A program made the position numbers and the translations under genes. A DNA stretch of 64,000 nt, from positions 33,976,001 to 34,040,000 of the forward strand of contig OX597820.1 of NCBI GenBank assembly GCA_951406725.2. Direction: 5' to 3'. Shown here one piece after another: positions 12,728 to 26,293 of this stretch. Position 1 is the stretch's first letter, and each line of letters begins with the position of its first letter. Origin of the DNA: Octopus vulgaris. Lineage: Eukaryota. The notes under the pieces are model-generated. The model was given only the letters and a program-made list of their open reading frames with translations. It was not told the origin of the DNA and did not search any database.

Positions 12728-13835
12728 TGTGTGTGTGTTTGAAAAAAGGAATAGAAATGGCTTTTCTAATAATTTTTCCACCAGAAAAGTCATTTCTATT
12801 GATTTTATCAGAAAAGCCATTTCTATTAATTTCTTTCAAATATATAATACTGCTCCAAGGACTTTCTATTTCTTATTTTACTATATATATATATACATAC
12901 ATACAGACAGAGAGGTATATGGGTATAGTGCTATAAACAGACATATGAATAAAACAGTTATACAGTTAAACATATAAATATACTAGAAATAACAATCTAG
13001 ATGTAAGAATATTAAAATAAATATCTGTATGAGGCTGCAGACATTGTGATCTCAAAGTTTCATATACTACATACACAATCATCAGCAAAGGAAGAGAGAG
13101 AGAGAAAAAGGTCATATAATGATACATATCTATTTCAGTGTAAGTATAATGTTAATTGATTTTCATTAAAGAAACAAAATGTAATAGAACAGACAGGCTA
13201 AAAATACGTGTACTATATAAAGATACTTACATTTTTCGGAAAATATATGCAAATGAATTAACATTATAGAGTACTCTAATACATTTAGAAGGAGCTAAAT
13301 ATTAAATCTTGCATTATATGTATTCATTTTCATTCATTCATCATCCTCATTTAATGTCTACTTTTCCATGCTAGTATGGGTCGGACAGAATTTGTTGAGG
13401 CAGATTTCTTCCTACAGCTGGATGCCCTTCCTGTCACCAACTCTTAGCAGTTTCCAAACAAGGGAATATTTCCCCATAGCTAGACATATTTTTCTCAGAA
13501 GACTGGAAATGAACAACTTCGCTTGTATGACGGGGATGCTTGTTTACAACCATCACATGATGTCTAGACAAAGGTACACAAAGATACAAACACACAACAA
13601 GTTTCTTTCAGTTTCTGTCTACTAAATCCAACCAGTGTGTGTGTGTATGTGTGTGTCTGCACGCATGTGCATGTTTGTACATAGAAACACACATACAGTG
13701 CAATAATACTATGCCTTATTCCAACATAAATGTTAATGATATGCCAGTGCATGATATCTTGAGACAGGGATAATTAAAGTCTCAAATGAATGTATATTTC
13801 AGTATGTGTTCATATTAATTGTTTGTTGTCAGTAG

Positions 13836-14057
13836 ACATTGATGCACACATCAGGAAACAACACAGCTCCCATGACTTTCGGAAACATTTTTTCATGCTC
13901 AGAGTTGCTGAAGCATGGAATAAACTGCCTGCGTCAGTTGTTGACTGCCATGACACTGCATCCTTTAAGGCCCTCATGCTTTCCAAAATCCGCCGAAACT
14001 ACACCTGATTATATATACACTTTAGATGAGTTGTAGTGCACCTGAGCACTGTACACA

Positions 14058-14078
<21 letters not shown>
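13836..14078 (+). mobile_element. 3' end of a second CR1-group LINE family with (ATT)n tail
   Basis: HDFRKHFFMLRVAEAWNKLPASVV...; related pieces at about 14550-14870 and 26880-27115. Confidence 0.8.
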
Positions 14079-14088
<10 letters not shown>

Positions 14089-14115
14089 CAGAAACATACA
14101 TATATACAAACACAC

Positions 14116-14149
<34 letters not shown>

Positions 14150-15054
14150 TTATAAACATGCACACATACATATAGTCAGACAAAGAAAGAGAACATTGAA
14201 CAGACCTGGTTTTAACAAATATTTAATGTTAGTGAAAACAATTTGCAGAGACTGGCTGTAGTGTAAGTTGGTTTACAACATATTATATATAAAGCAAATT
14301 AATTAATTATTTGGTGCATAATTAACAATGTTTGTTTAGTTCACCATGAATTACCTTTTGTTAATGACTGATGGCATTTAAAAGTTTGATTGAGGTTAAT
14401 GATTAGCTTTGATTGTCAGTTGACCCAAACAGGATTTGACATCATATATTAATGAACTTGATGAAATTGTTATGGTGAAGCAGCTTAGTTAGCGATGAAT
14501 GCCTTCACGTCAACAACTGTAACCCCTAATAACCACACCACCTGAATACCATTAACTAACTGTATTGCTTCTCTGGACATCAACACACTAAAACTTCTAA
14601 GTCTAGCAGCTGACTTGGTAGAAGCTTACAAGATTATCTACCATCTTTCCAACTACAAATTTGGACATCTTTCTGAATTCAATACCTCTGCCACACACAG
14701 ACATGCTTATAAAATCAAAAACCCAGCACAACACCCATGACTTTTAGAAACATCTTCCCAGGTTCAGAATTGTCAAGGCATCGAAGAAAGTGCCAGTTGT
14801 TAGTTATCAGGACATGGCATCCTTCAAAAATTCCATGTTTCCTGAAATTCATCAACACTACTCCTTAATTTTTGAGAGTGGTCAGGTTCAATTTTAGTAT
14901 TCTCATTTGTGAGAACAGTGAAGTTTATTTCAGATATTCTCATCTTAAAAATCATGTCTGGCTAATCATTGAGAGGACGTTGGTGTTGCTCTGGTGGAGG
15001 TTTATGCTCTTTGAGTGCTCTTGTTATCATTATTATTATTATTATTATTATTAC

Positions 15055-15705
15055 TGAAGGCAGTGAGCTGGCAGACTCATTACCATGCTAGACGAAATGC
15101 TTGGCAGTATTTCACCTGTTACTATGTTCTGAGTTCAAATTCTGCCAAGGTCAGCTCTGCCTTTCATCCTTTCAGGGTCAATAAATTAAGCACCATTGAA
15201 ACACTGGAGTTGATGTAATTGTCAGGACTTATTATTATTATTATTATTATTATTATTTAAGACGTCACACAGTATCCTATATCACGATGTTGTTGATTGA
15301 AGATATTGTGTCTACCGGAGCAGGCAGACAGTGCTTTATGCAATATGCATGCAGTCCCAAGTAATGCCAACTTTTGCAAGGCATCTAGATTGTAGGGTAT
15401 TTCTAAAGTTTCCAAATGTCAGGACTTGTGCCTTTAGTAGAAAGGATTATTCTCATCATCATCATTATTATTATTATTATTATTATTATTGGTGGTGAGC
15501 TAGCAGAATCATTACTGCACCTGACAAAATGCTTTGCAGCATTTCGTCCGTCTTCACATTCTGAGTTCAAATTCTGAGATTGACTTTCAGGGTCAGTAAA
15601 TTAAGTACCACTTGAACACTGGGATCAATGTAATCGACTAGTCCCCTCTCCCCAAATTTCAGGCGTTGTGCTTTTAGAAAAAAAGATTATTATTATTATT
15701 ATTAT
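15055..15705 (+). mobile_element. SINE family B copies in (ATT)n, with an R4/Dong-like fragment nested
   Basis: aggcagtgagctggcag...gagttcaaattctgcc...gcctttcatcctttcagggtcaataaattaag...agaaaggattatt. Confidence 0.8.
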
Positions 15706-16050
15706 ATTTTAACTCTCAGAGTTTCCAATCTTACTCTGGTTAATTCTGTGAGAGCAGACAGTATCCTGTTGTCAAGGGCCTCACAGGGTCTCTTTCACAA
15801 ATTATATAAGTCTTGGTAGTTAGGTGTTAAGTTTCATGAGATACTCAACACCCAAGTACCAATCTCAAAATCCTAGCTGTCCCCAATAGGGCAGTTTTGG
15901 GTAATACTCTGCCCTCATACCAAAACCAATTTTTCTCACATATTTCTTGAACTTGATTGCTAGTGCTCCAAGTGGCCCTACAACTACAGGGATGACATTT
16001 ACTCTCTTCATTGCCTACACCTTTGCAATTTTTTTCTGGAGACGGTGTCT
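15258..16050 (-). mobile_element. Two decayed R4/Dong-like 3' fragments (15258-15420, 15710-16050)
   Basis: LQKLALLGTACILHKALS and VNVIPVVVGPLGAL...GTARILR on the minus strand; a third decayed copy on plus at about 18520-18800 (IDIAIP...VQKIAIPGTAHIL). Confidence 0.7.
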
Positions 16051-16390
16051 TGATAAAAATATTGGTAATTGTGACACCTCTGCATGAGAGTAATGGATAA
16101 AAGAATTAATACAAACAATGGTATAAATGAGGATCGAACTACAGGTGATGGGTTTTCACCTGGCAGATGCCTTACAGGTGACCCGCACAGGCCCAGTTAT
16201 CATTATATGGCTGCCAGAACAAAATGGCAGAACAATGATGAATTATCATTATTCATTTCTTTCTTCTCATCCTTAATGTAAATACCTACACAAATTGTTG
16301 TCTGTTCTTTGTGATGTCTCCTCACCTATACTCCTGTGGTTAATAAAATTATTACTATTATTATTATTGTTGTTGTGACTACTACTACTA

Positions 16391-16457
<67 letters not shown>

Positions 16458-18269
16458 CACCACCACCACCACCACCACCACCACCACCACCACTACTATT
16501 ACCCTTTCATGTCTGTTGAAATAATCTTTGTTTCAATTAATTTTGAAAATAATGGAGAATTTAATGAAATAACTAATTACCAAACTGATGTTTGGGATAT
16601 AAATTAATATGAAATTTTGATGTAAGGTTTTAATTTAAATCACTTTATAAACAAGAAGTTTGTATCAAAGGACGAACGGTGGAGTGAGGTGTATTAAAAG
16701 TGTTACATGACAATAATAACTAGAAACAACAATAGTAGCCAACTGTCCCTCGGATTATAGCCAAACATTCACTAGCATAGCTAGAGGGGGAGGCAGAAGG
16801 GGCAGTCATGCCCCAGGTGGTGCTTTTATGGGGGCAGAACCAGTTTTGGGTCTGCTGTAGGCAATATGTATTTTTTGTGGGAGCCCACATTCTAGCTTTG
16901 TTAGTGCAATCATTTTAAATAATAGAAGCATATATTGAATTATGTCGTTCCTAATATTAAAAAATGACCGGATGGTCATTGTTGGAATGTCTTTGATCAA
17001 TGGTCTATTTGATCAAGGCTCACTTGTGACAAAAAAAAAAATGCAGTAACAACAAACATAGTAGTTATGACCACCACAACTGTAAACAACAACAACAACA
17101 AACAAGAGCAAGGAACAATATGAAACTGAGCCAAAGAGGGAGCCTATAGTTAGTCAATTTGCTAGAAATAGCAGTCAAATTTCTGTCAAAGTAGTATCTT
17201 TGCTTGCTTAAAAAAGAGAAGGAGATATAGCATATCAAGGATAATGTAGTCCTGTGTACATTAACCCTTAAAAGACGATTAGATAATCCTAGACTGAATC
17301 TTTTTGATCACAGATCTGCTTAATCAGGATTAACCTCAAGCTAAATAGCATCAAAAGCTACAGGCAACCACCACAACCACCTCCATGAGCAATTACAAAA
17401 AATAACACAAACAAGAAGCTCACAAACTAAAACAATTATTAGAAAACATTATTATTATCATTAATAATAATAATAATAATATCTACCTCTTCTTCCATCT
17501 TAAATAATCAATTTTACTGATATTTTTCTTAATTTTGATAATTTATTTTCACTTCTGTTTTAATAACAATTATTGATTAGAGCACAATAATTGTCTGTGT
17601 ATGTGAGTGTACAACACATTCCAGAGTAACTGATGCATACACATATACATATGTATACATAAACAGAGGCAAATGCACACAGGCATGAATAGACATATAC
17701 ATACACACATATATACAGTATACATAAACACACACAAATGCATAAGCATACATATAAATACATAGAGGTATGCATATAACATACACAAACACAGAGAAGT
17801 ATATAATGATATAAACATACAAATTAAGGCACACAAGCACATATAAATACATGCATATTTAATTAAATTATAGTAATAATTGTTTCCAACTTTTATCAAA
17901 GACACAAAGGGTCACACAGTTTGGGGAAGGGCAGAGAAAATGAGTAATTGATTATAACGATCTCAATATATAACCAGTACCTTATTTTATCAACCCTGGA
18001 AGGAAAAATGTTAAATTGAAATCTGGTGGAATTCAAATTTGGTTATCTAAAGGAAAGCAATTTAATAGCACAGATAATTCTGACTGTGGGTCTAATACAG
18101 GGCTGGCCAACCTGAGGTCTGCAGACTTTTATCTTGCGGCCTGCTTGATACTTTCTTGAAATGGGTTTATTTAAACAAACATTTTAAAAATTGTATCAAA
18201 AATTAAAGATTGTGATGAAAAGTAAGAAAGAAAGATACTACTGTTTTTGCAACCATAATATTTCATGTT

Positions 18270-20444
18270 CAAGGGCAAAGTCAACCTCGGCAGAATTTGA
18301 ACTCAGAACGTAAAGATGTAAGAAATGACACTAAGCATTTCACCTGGCATACTAACAATTCTGCTAGCTCGCCACCTTAATAATAATAACAATAGTTTCA
18401 AATTTTGGCACAAGACCAACAATTTTAAGGGAGGGGTAAGTCAACCTCCAGTACCTAACTGATTCTTCTTTTATTGACCCAGAAAGGATGAAAAAGAAAA
18501 TTGATTTAAGTGGAATTTGAACAATTACAATGATAAACACATGCACACTGATAGACATTGCAATCCCTTCTGACCAAAAATACTGTTCTAAAAAATCTTG
18601 AAAATGTTATTCAAAAAAATCTTGAAATTGAAAGATGGGGGTATGAAGTTGAAAACAATACCAATGTTAACTGGAACATGAGATAAGACTTTTAAAAAAT
18701 CAAGCAAATGGAAGCCATATTAAAATTCACACTACACACTGTCCAAAAAATAGCTATACCAGGAACAGCCCATATCCTGTGCAAGACATATCACTTCAAC
18801 TGAATAGGCTGAAAAGAACAATATTCATACAGCACACACCTGATATAAGAAATACCTAATAATCTAAAACAATACAACTCATGCAACATTAATACACAAT
18901 AAAATAACACATTATATACAACAGAACAAGCATTAATATAACATAAAAAGCAACTGTTTAAACCCCATAATAAAATAAACTGTATTGTCTGGTATGCTAA
19001 CAATTCTGCCAGCTTGCCTCTTTAAATAATAATAAATAATAGACCTTTCTACTATAGGTACAAAGCTTGAAATTTGTGGAGAGGAGACTTTTCCTGCAAG
19101 TTTCATCAAATACCGTTCACAACTTTTTGAGTTATTTTGCATACAGATGGACAAACCAACGCTGATAAAAACATAACTTCCTACCTTGGCAGAGGTAATA
19201 ATAATAATAATAATAATCTAATAATAATAGTGGATTCAAATTTTGGGGGAGGTGTTAAGTTGATTACACTGACCCCAGTACTTAAGTGGTACTTATTTTA
19301 TTGACCCTGAAAGAATGAAAGGTGAAGTTGACCTAGGCAGAATTTGAACTCAGAATATATAGATGGATGAAATGCTGCTAACGATTCTGCCAACTCATTA
19401 CCGTAATAGTAATAGTAGCAAAGTTTAGCACAAAGCCAGCAATTTTAGTGAGAGGGGATCAATCAATTATATCAACCCTTGTATAGGTTAACTTCAGTGG
19501 GATTTGAACTCAGAACATGTAGTACTAGAAGAAATTCCACTAAGCATTTTATTCTATGCACTAACAATTGTGCCAGCTCGTTACCTCATAGTTTAAGATT
19601 TTGGCATGATGCCAAAAATCTTGAGGGGATGGGTTTCATCACTATCAGTGATCCCGGTACTTCACAGGTACTTTATTTTATTTACTCAGAACAGATGAAA
19701 AACAAAGTTGAACTCAGATGGATTTGAATTCAGAATGCAAAGAACCACAAGAAATGCCACTAAACATTTTGTCTGACAAGCTAATGATTCCGTCAACACG
19801 CCACCTTACACTACTACTATTAATAATGATAGGGTAAAAGGTAAAGAACCTATTTGGTCATGAATGACCATGGGATTGTACCTAGAAAGATACCCTCTGA
19901 GGCACAAGTCCAGGCAAGGTTGTTTATGGAAGGCCAGCTGTCACCCATGCATACCAGCCTCCCCTCTCCACACCACTGATGTTATCCAAGAGAAAGTCAA
20001 AGGTGAATACAGCTTGGCATCAGTGACACTACAACCCATATGTACAGCTGAGTGAACTGGAGCAACGAGAAATAAAGTGTCTTGCTCAAGAATACAACAG
20101 AGCTCACTCTGGGCATTGAACTCACTAACTCATGATTGTGAGCCTGACATTCTAATCACTGAGCCATGCACCTTCACATTAATAATAATAATAGTAATCA
20201 CAAGACTGATAATAATAATAATAATAATAACAATAATAATAATGATGACAGTTTCAAATTTTGGCACAAGGCCAGCAAATTTGGGGGAAGGGCTAGATGA
20301 TTACAACAGCCCCAGTGCTCAACTGCTACTTATTTTATTGACCCCAAAATGATGAAAAGTAAAGTTGACGCTGGCAGAATTTGAACTCAGAATGTGAAGA
20401 TGAACAAAATGCTGTTAAGCTAACAATTCTGTCAGCTTGTCACC

Positions 20445-20476
<32 letters not shown>

Positions 20477-20605
20477 CCTTTCTACTAAATGCACAAAGCC
20501 TAAAATTTTGGGGACAGGGAGCTAGTCAACCACATTGACCCCAGTGTTTCCACTGGGATTTAATTTATTGACCCTGAAAGGATGACAGGCAAAGTCAACT
20601 TCAGA
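18270..20605 (-). mobile_element. Large co-oriented SINE family B pile-up with nested LINE, SINE C and Helentron-like pieces
   Basis: Many minus-strand family B pieces, mostly bounded by (AAT)n. Confidence 0.8.
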
Positions 20606-21413
20606 ATAATAATAATGATTTGTTTTATTGGTTGCAAGGGTCCAAGACAGGGTGAGGGCAATATCAAAGGGAGAAATATAATGTACAAAATGTAGGGTTT
20701 ACACTGATGAAAAGGAAACCAACATGAACAACAATTTCTTTGCTTAGCCGCAAGGGCCCAAGATGTTGTGGAGAGAGTATAAATGGAAGCTGCAAAAGGG
20801 GAATCAAACAAGAAAGAGGAGGTGGAGGAAGATTTGACAAGAATTAAAAATAACAACATCAAATAAAATATCAAAAAATAAAATTGCATATATATGTGTG
20901 TGTTTGTATGTATAGTTATATGTGTATGTATGCATAACTGTACGAGAGAGTGTATGCATAAATGTGCATGTGTGTGTGTGTGTACGCAAGGATGAGGAAA
21001 TGTTTAGCGAAGCAATTATTATCCTTATTATTTATAGTATATTGTTCTTTAAATATGCTCTCTCATTCACAAAAGTGGTGGTAGTAATAATAATGGTGGG
21101 AGTGGTGGTGGAGGTTACAATTACCGAAGTGGGTTGAAGGTCAAAAGGTTACAAAAAGCAGAAGCTAAGTAAAAAAATTAAAAACAAAAACTGCAGAATA
21201 TTAAATATAGCTGTACAATATAACAACAACTATTAACATTACTACGACACAAAGAGATCTATTAATTATTTTTAGTATAAAAAAAAAGTAGGACTACAAT
21301 TAACAACAACAACAACAACAACAACAGCAATAGCAACCACTACTGAGAAGCAAAGGTGCAAGATTTTAAGTAGCAGTGTGGGTTTTCAGTGCTGAAGTGA
21401 TGACAGGCCTTAC

Positions 21414-21458
21414 CTCGGAAAACCACCACAGAGCGTGAGCCATAGAAGATGAAATACC
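21414..21458 (-). CDS. Candidate 45-nt symmetric cassette exon ((G)YFIFYGSRSVVVFR)
   Basis: Long pyrimidine tract then gaccacag acceptor; strong gag|gtaagg donor; phase 1-1 and stop-free; no homology recognised. Confidence 0.3.
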
Positions 21459-21599
21459 CTGTGGTCAACAAGGGTGACAACAGCAGCAACGGCAACAACA
21501 ACAGCAGCACCGACAGCAGCAGTCGCAGAAGGAGAAGAAGAAGAAGAAGAAGGAGAAGAAGGTAAACAGGAAGGAATGTATGTTGTTTGTCTACAGTTT

Positions 21600-22110
21600 G
21601 AGGGTTTAGGAAGTGGGTTATTTGTGGGTCAATGATGGGTCAATTGTGGATTGATAGTGGGAGAGTCAGGGGTTTATGGTGGGTTATTTGTGGGTTGGTT
21701 ATGGGTCAATTGTGGGTTACTTTTGAGTTGACTGCGGGTCGAATGTGGGTTACTTGTGGGGTTGGTTGTGGAATATTTGTTGGTTCATTGTGGGTCAACT
21801 GCAGGTTCCTTGTGGACTGCTTGTGGGTTATTTTATGGTTGATTATGAGTTATGTATGGGTTGATTGTTGATTGCTTGTGGGTTAGCTTTGGGATATTAG
21901 GGAGAGGGATTGACAGTGGATTGATTGTGGATTACTTATGTATTGATTGTAAATTATTTGTGGATTCCTTGTAGGTTATTCATGGGTTGGTTGGGAGTTA
22001 CCTGTGGGTTGACTGATGATAAATTGTTGATATTGTAAGTCACTTGTGGGTTATTTGCATTAACTGTGGGTAATTATGGGTTACTTGTGAACTGATTGTT
22101 GGTTACTCAT
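21600..22110. repeat. Degenerate G/T-rich short-period repeat (TGTGGGTT..)
   Basis: Recurrent tgtgggtt / gtgggtta / gattgt units. Confidence 0.8.
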
Positions 22111-22129
22111 ATCTGTTCACTGTCTAGCA

Positions 22130-23150
22130 TTTTTATAGCCGAGTTTGGATTTTCTTTCTTTTAGGTTGTTTGTTGACTCTTGAAAGGCTTGCATTAGAAT
22201 AACTTAGAAAGGTTTTGGCCAGTATTGGCCCAGGTCATGTCTAACTTAATAGCACTGTGTTTCTTCTAATTCTTGCATGAATTGTTGTGGGATGACTTAA
22301 GCTTGGTGAGGGTTCGTTTAGGGGATTATTTAGGCTTCCATGTGTGTTGTTGGCTGTTTTGTAAAATGTGGCAGTTTGAATATGTCACAACCTCCGTTAT
22401 TTTGATTTTTGCTTAGTGGTTGTGAGACAGTATAGCTAAATGGTTATAGTGCTGATATTTGGATAAACACATAGTTTGTGTGTTCAAACCTGACCACTGC
22501 CACTGCAATGTATCATTGCATAAAATTGGCTGTACTGTCTTCAGTAAGTGGGAATAGAAGACAGACCCAGTCCAAAGCAGAACAGATTCATGCAAAAGTG
22601 TATATTAGTAGACCTGTTCAATTCAAGTCAATGTTTTGAGGAAAAAGTGTAGAATTTGCACACAAGATGTGAATAAATAACGACAAAACAAACATAAAGC
22701 AACGGGTTTAACTTCTGTTAATAGTTAACTCCATCTAGTTCTACTTCAGCCAACATGTTCTAATATGGTACTAGAGGATTGATAAGTAAGGAGGCCACTG
22801 TGTCATGGTAATAGTTCTGTCTTTTATCTTCTTCAGTACGTTCTAGGCACTGTAAGGGACCTTATCGAGTTAATTCTTAATTTCCCGCATGACAAAGAAC
22901 TGCATTGGTCAACCAGTTCCAAAACACATGATGTCCCAAGAACCATATTAACCTTGTTTACATTCATTTTCAAGGAAGTGAAGAATTCTCTGATGTATGT
23001 GAGAGAAACAATAATCTCTTTATCTATAATTAATTTCTGTTCTGTAATTGAATCATCACAGGACTGGGCATTTTTAACAAGGAAAACCTTCAATGGGACA
23101 TTAAAAGTTAATTTCTATTATCAGTATGTAAGGTGTATGCATTCAGTGGA
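22130..23150 (-). mobile_element. Probable highly decayed Penelope-like RT remnant
   Basis: Weak matches only: VLGTSCVLELV (cf. MGSxDGAEICELV), YYHDT (cf. LYRDD), LNLN. Confidence 0.35.
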
Positions 23151-24401
23151 TGGCTAACATTTTCAAAGAACACTTAAAATGATCTATTCTTTACAATCCA
23201 GGATGACCCTATACCACAGCAGGAGATGATGACACCAACATCAAACTGACCGAACTGTAAGTTTACAGACAACATTGCCCCAGCATGACCACAGAAACCA
23301 GCAAAAATAAAGCCATCCTGTCTTTCTATATGTCCATGGTTACATTTACTTTGTCAGTTTTTTTTCTTTAAAATGACAGGGAATGACTTCAGAGTGATTT
23401 AGCTGATATTTCTAGCTGTTAAGGCAACTATGTAGTGGTCTCTCATTGGGTTATCATTAAACACAGATTAAACAATAATGTAGGAAACTCCATAGTTGAC
23501 AGCAAAGGTTTCTTCATCGGTTTCAAGGTTAGTTTTTTGTTCAACATATTAGTGTTACATGCAGGTGTTTACCATGCAAGCATGACTACATGCGGTATAT
23601 ATAAAACTGGGTTAATTGCAGGTAATAACAACAAAGAAGTTCAAAAGCCAGCATTGATGGGAAGGAATAGTAATCACGCTGAGGTGTATCCAGTAACCTG
23701 GTAAATAACAGATACACAGTTCAAATCATGCCAGGGAGTCTATTTTTCAGTCTTATCTGAAGCTTGTTTTTGTTTTGTTTCGTATTATTTTAACAGCTTG
23801 GTTAGAAGAAGAAGGGATAGCAAACATGACCCTTTTCAGGGCTTGTGAACCTTATGGGAGGAAGTGAAGAAGTTATCCAAAGATTAAAACTTGACCCAAA
23901 TGCTTGTAACAGAGTGGAGCCTGGTAAAGACACCTAAGGTGCTAGGTGAGGGCAACAAATTTTGTCTACCAACCAAAAATAGGAATAGTCCCTTCAGTGG
24001 GCTTCCACACAGTTTCCATCACCCAATTTTCATTCCCATAGCCTTGGTTTACTTTCACCCAATGTTATAGCAGAAAACACTTGCTTGCCAAGTATGCTCT
24101 AAAGTAGGATTGAACCTGGAATCATGTAGTTTCCAAGCAAGTACCTAAAACACACAAGCATCCACACCTGAACTTATGTTTAATGTAAATATCATTTACA
24201 TTAAAACCTTAGCAGTTAATTTGTAATTTGAATTATGGGGTTATTTTTCATTGCATACTGTGAAACAACACGGGACACACTGTTACGCTGGCCATTAACA
24301 GAATGTCAAACAATAAATATATACTTTTAGTTTCATCAGTGGATCAGTTTTTCCTCTTTTCTGTCTCACCTATTAACTCTATATGGCTAATGTCTTTTAT
24401 A

Positions 24402-24620
24402 TTAACCCTATTGATACCAACCTGTCTAATTCTATGACACAAACTTCATATTTTGAAGTGAACTAAATTAAAGCCTCCCACCAAAATTTCATGTTAATTT
24501 AAGTTTTAAACACCAGCTTAGTAACGACAAAATTATTTTGCTAATTCTACATTATTTTTAAAACTAATTCTAACAAAAGCAGTATATTTCAACATTCATA
24601 TGATCACAAAAGGGCTAACA
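24402..24620. mobile_element. TTAACCC...GGGTTAA-type MITE family
   Basis: ttaaccctattgataccaac...aaagggctaa; related copies at 26375-26570, 16497-16700 (reverse) and 35775-36648 (interrupted). Confidence 0.6.
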
Positions 24621-24939
24621 TCATTTTATCTGGCTTCATTTTTATTTTTAATTTTCCATGATCAGTAAAGAGCTATGATAGAAGCCGCTGGCCCTAAATA
24701 CTGCACAGTAGGACTGAACCTGGAACCACATGGTTGGAAAACGATCTTAACAGTTATACAACTTATAATATCAGCAGCAATACTACTACTTTGTAAAAAT
24801 ACAAAACCTTGTTTCATTTTAATATTATATTGCAGTTTTCAGACTATTAACCTCATAATGTAGAGGTATATATTGTAAATATATACACCTACAATACATT
24901 CCAATCGTTTCTACCTTCATACAAGTCTAATGAATACAA

Positions 24940-25078
24940 AGAATGGAATGCAGAGTTGATCTCAGTGGAATTTGAACTCAAAACATAAAGCTGGTAGAAA
25001 TGCTGTTGAGCATTTTGTCCAGCATGCCAATGATTCTGCCAGCACAGCACCACCACCACCACCACCACCACTACCACC

Positions 25079-25122
<44 letters not shown>

Positions 25123-25510
25123 CCTTTCTACTATAGGCACAAGGCCTGAAATTATGGGGGAGGGGAAAAGTCAATCACACCAACCCCAGTACTTGACTGA
25201 TATATAATTTATTGACCCTGAAAGGATGAAAATCAAAGCTGACTTTGGTTGAATTTGATTAATAATGATAATAATAATAATTTTGGCACAGGGCCTGCAG
25301 TTTTTAGGAATGCGGGGGTGGTGGTGTGGAAGTTCATTCCATCGATCCTAGTCCTTAACTGATACTTTATTTTGCTGACCCTGAAGGGACGAAAGGCAAG
25401 TTGACTCAGTGGGACTTGAGTTCAGCATATATAGAGCCAGAACAAATGCCACAAAGCATGTTGTAGCTTACCCTCTTACATAATAATAATAATAATAATA
25501 ATAACAATAA
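24940..25510 (-). mobile_element. SINE family B array
   Basis: Three partial copies separated by (AAT)n/(CAC)n. Confidence 0.75.
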
Positions 25511-25993
25511 CAATAACTGCAGCAATTCATTTAAGATATCTAGTGTCCTACTTAATACTCAGTTCAGTCAAGTACATGTACATAATAGTTGTATAAGTTA
25601 GTAGCAAACACACCCCTATATAGTCAGTCTTTTGGTGGTTAAGGTCAACCAAGCACATTAAATTTTAAAATCTATCACAAGGCTAAGAGCTCATTAGACT
25701 GGAGCTTGTGGTGGTGTCTGTGGTATTTAAGTGGCTGAGAGTAGCCCCAGGTGCCCACTACAACCTTAAAAAGGACAACTGTCCTTTGCAAGGATAATCT
25801 CAATCCTACCCATTGCTGCTGTTCCTAGTACTCATTTTTAGCTGAGTGGATTGAAACAATGTTAAATGAAGTGTCTTGCTCAAGGATGTAATGTACCACT
25901 TGGCCCAGGAATTAAACACATAACTTAACTATTATGAACACCATACCCAATATACTACATGCCTTCACAACTAATTATACTAGATGGTTTTAA

Positions 25994-26293
25994 TTAACAC
26001 ATTAACGACCACATATGCATCACTGGTTGTTCATCACAAACTTCACACAACCACCATATGCATTTTCGTAATTTGAGAAAATATTTTATTCCGTATCTCT
26101 GACATGGTTCTGAGGATATCTAAATAACATGAGAGCTAAATATTAAAGATTAATTATGAAATATTGTAGAAATGCAAAAAAAAAAAAAATTAATTAAATT
26201 TCCTTGTAATTAAACAGTATACAGTGTGACCACATGAAATACGTGGCTTTACCAGTAAGTTCCAGTAACAGGCTGTGGTGGTTAACGTGTTAA
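25994..26293. mobile_element. TTAA-flanked (piggyBac-type) MITE
   Basis: ttaa-cacattaacgacca ... tggtggttaacgtg-ttaa. Confidence 0.7.

Noticed and set aside
13225-13300. Perfect minus-strand GTAAGT donor preceded by MLIHLHIFSEK in phase 1
   Set aside because: Expected by chance in AT-rich DNA; no promoter-like context or homology
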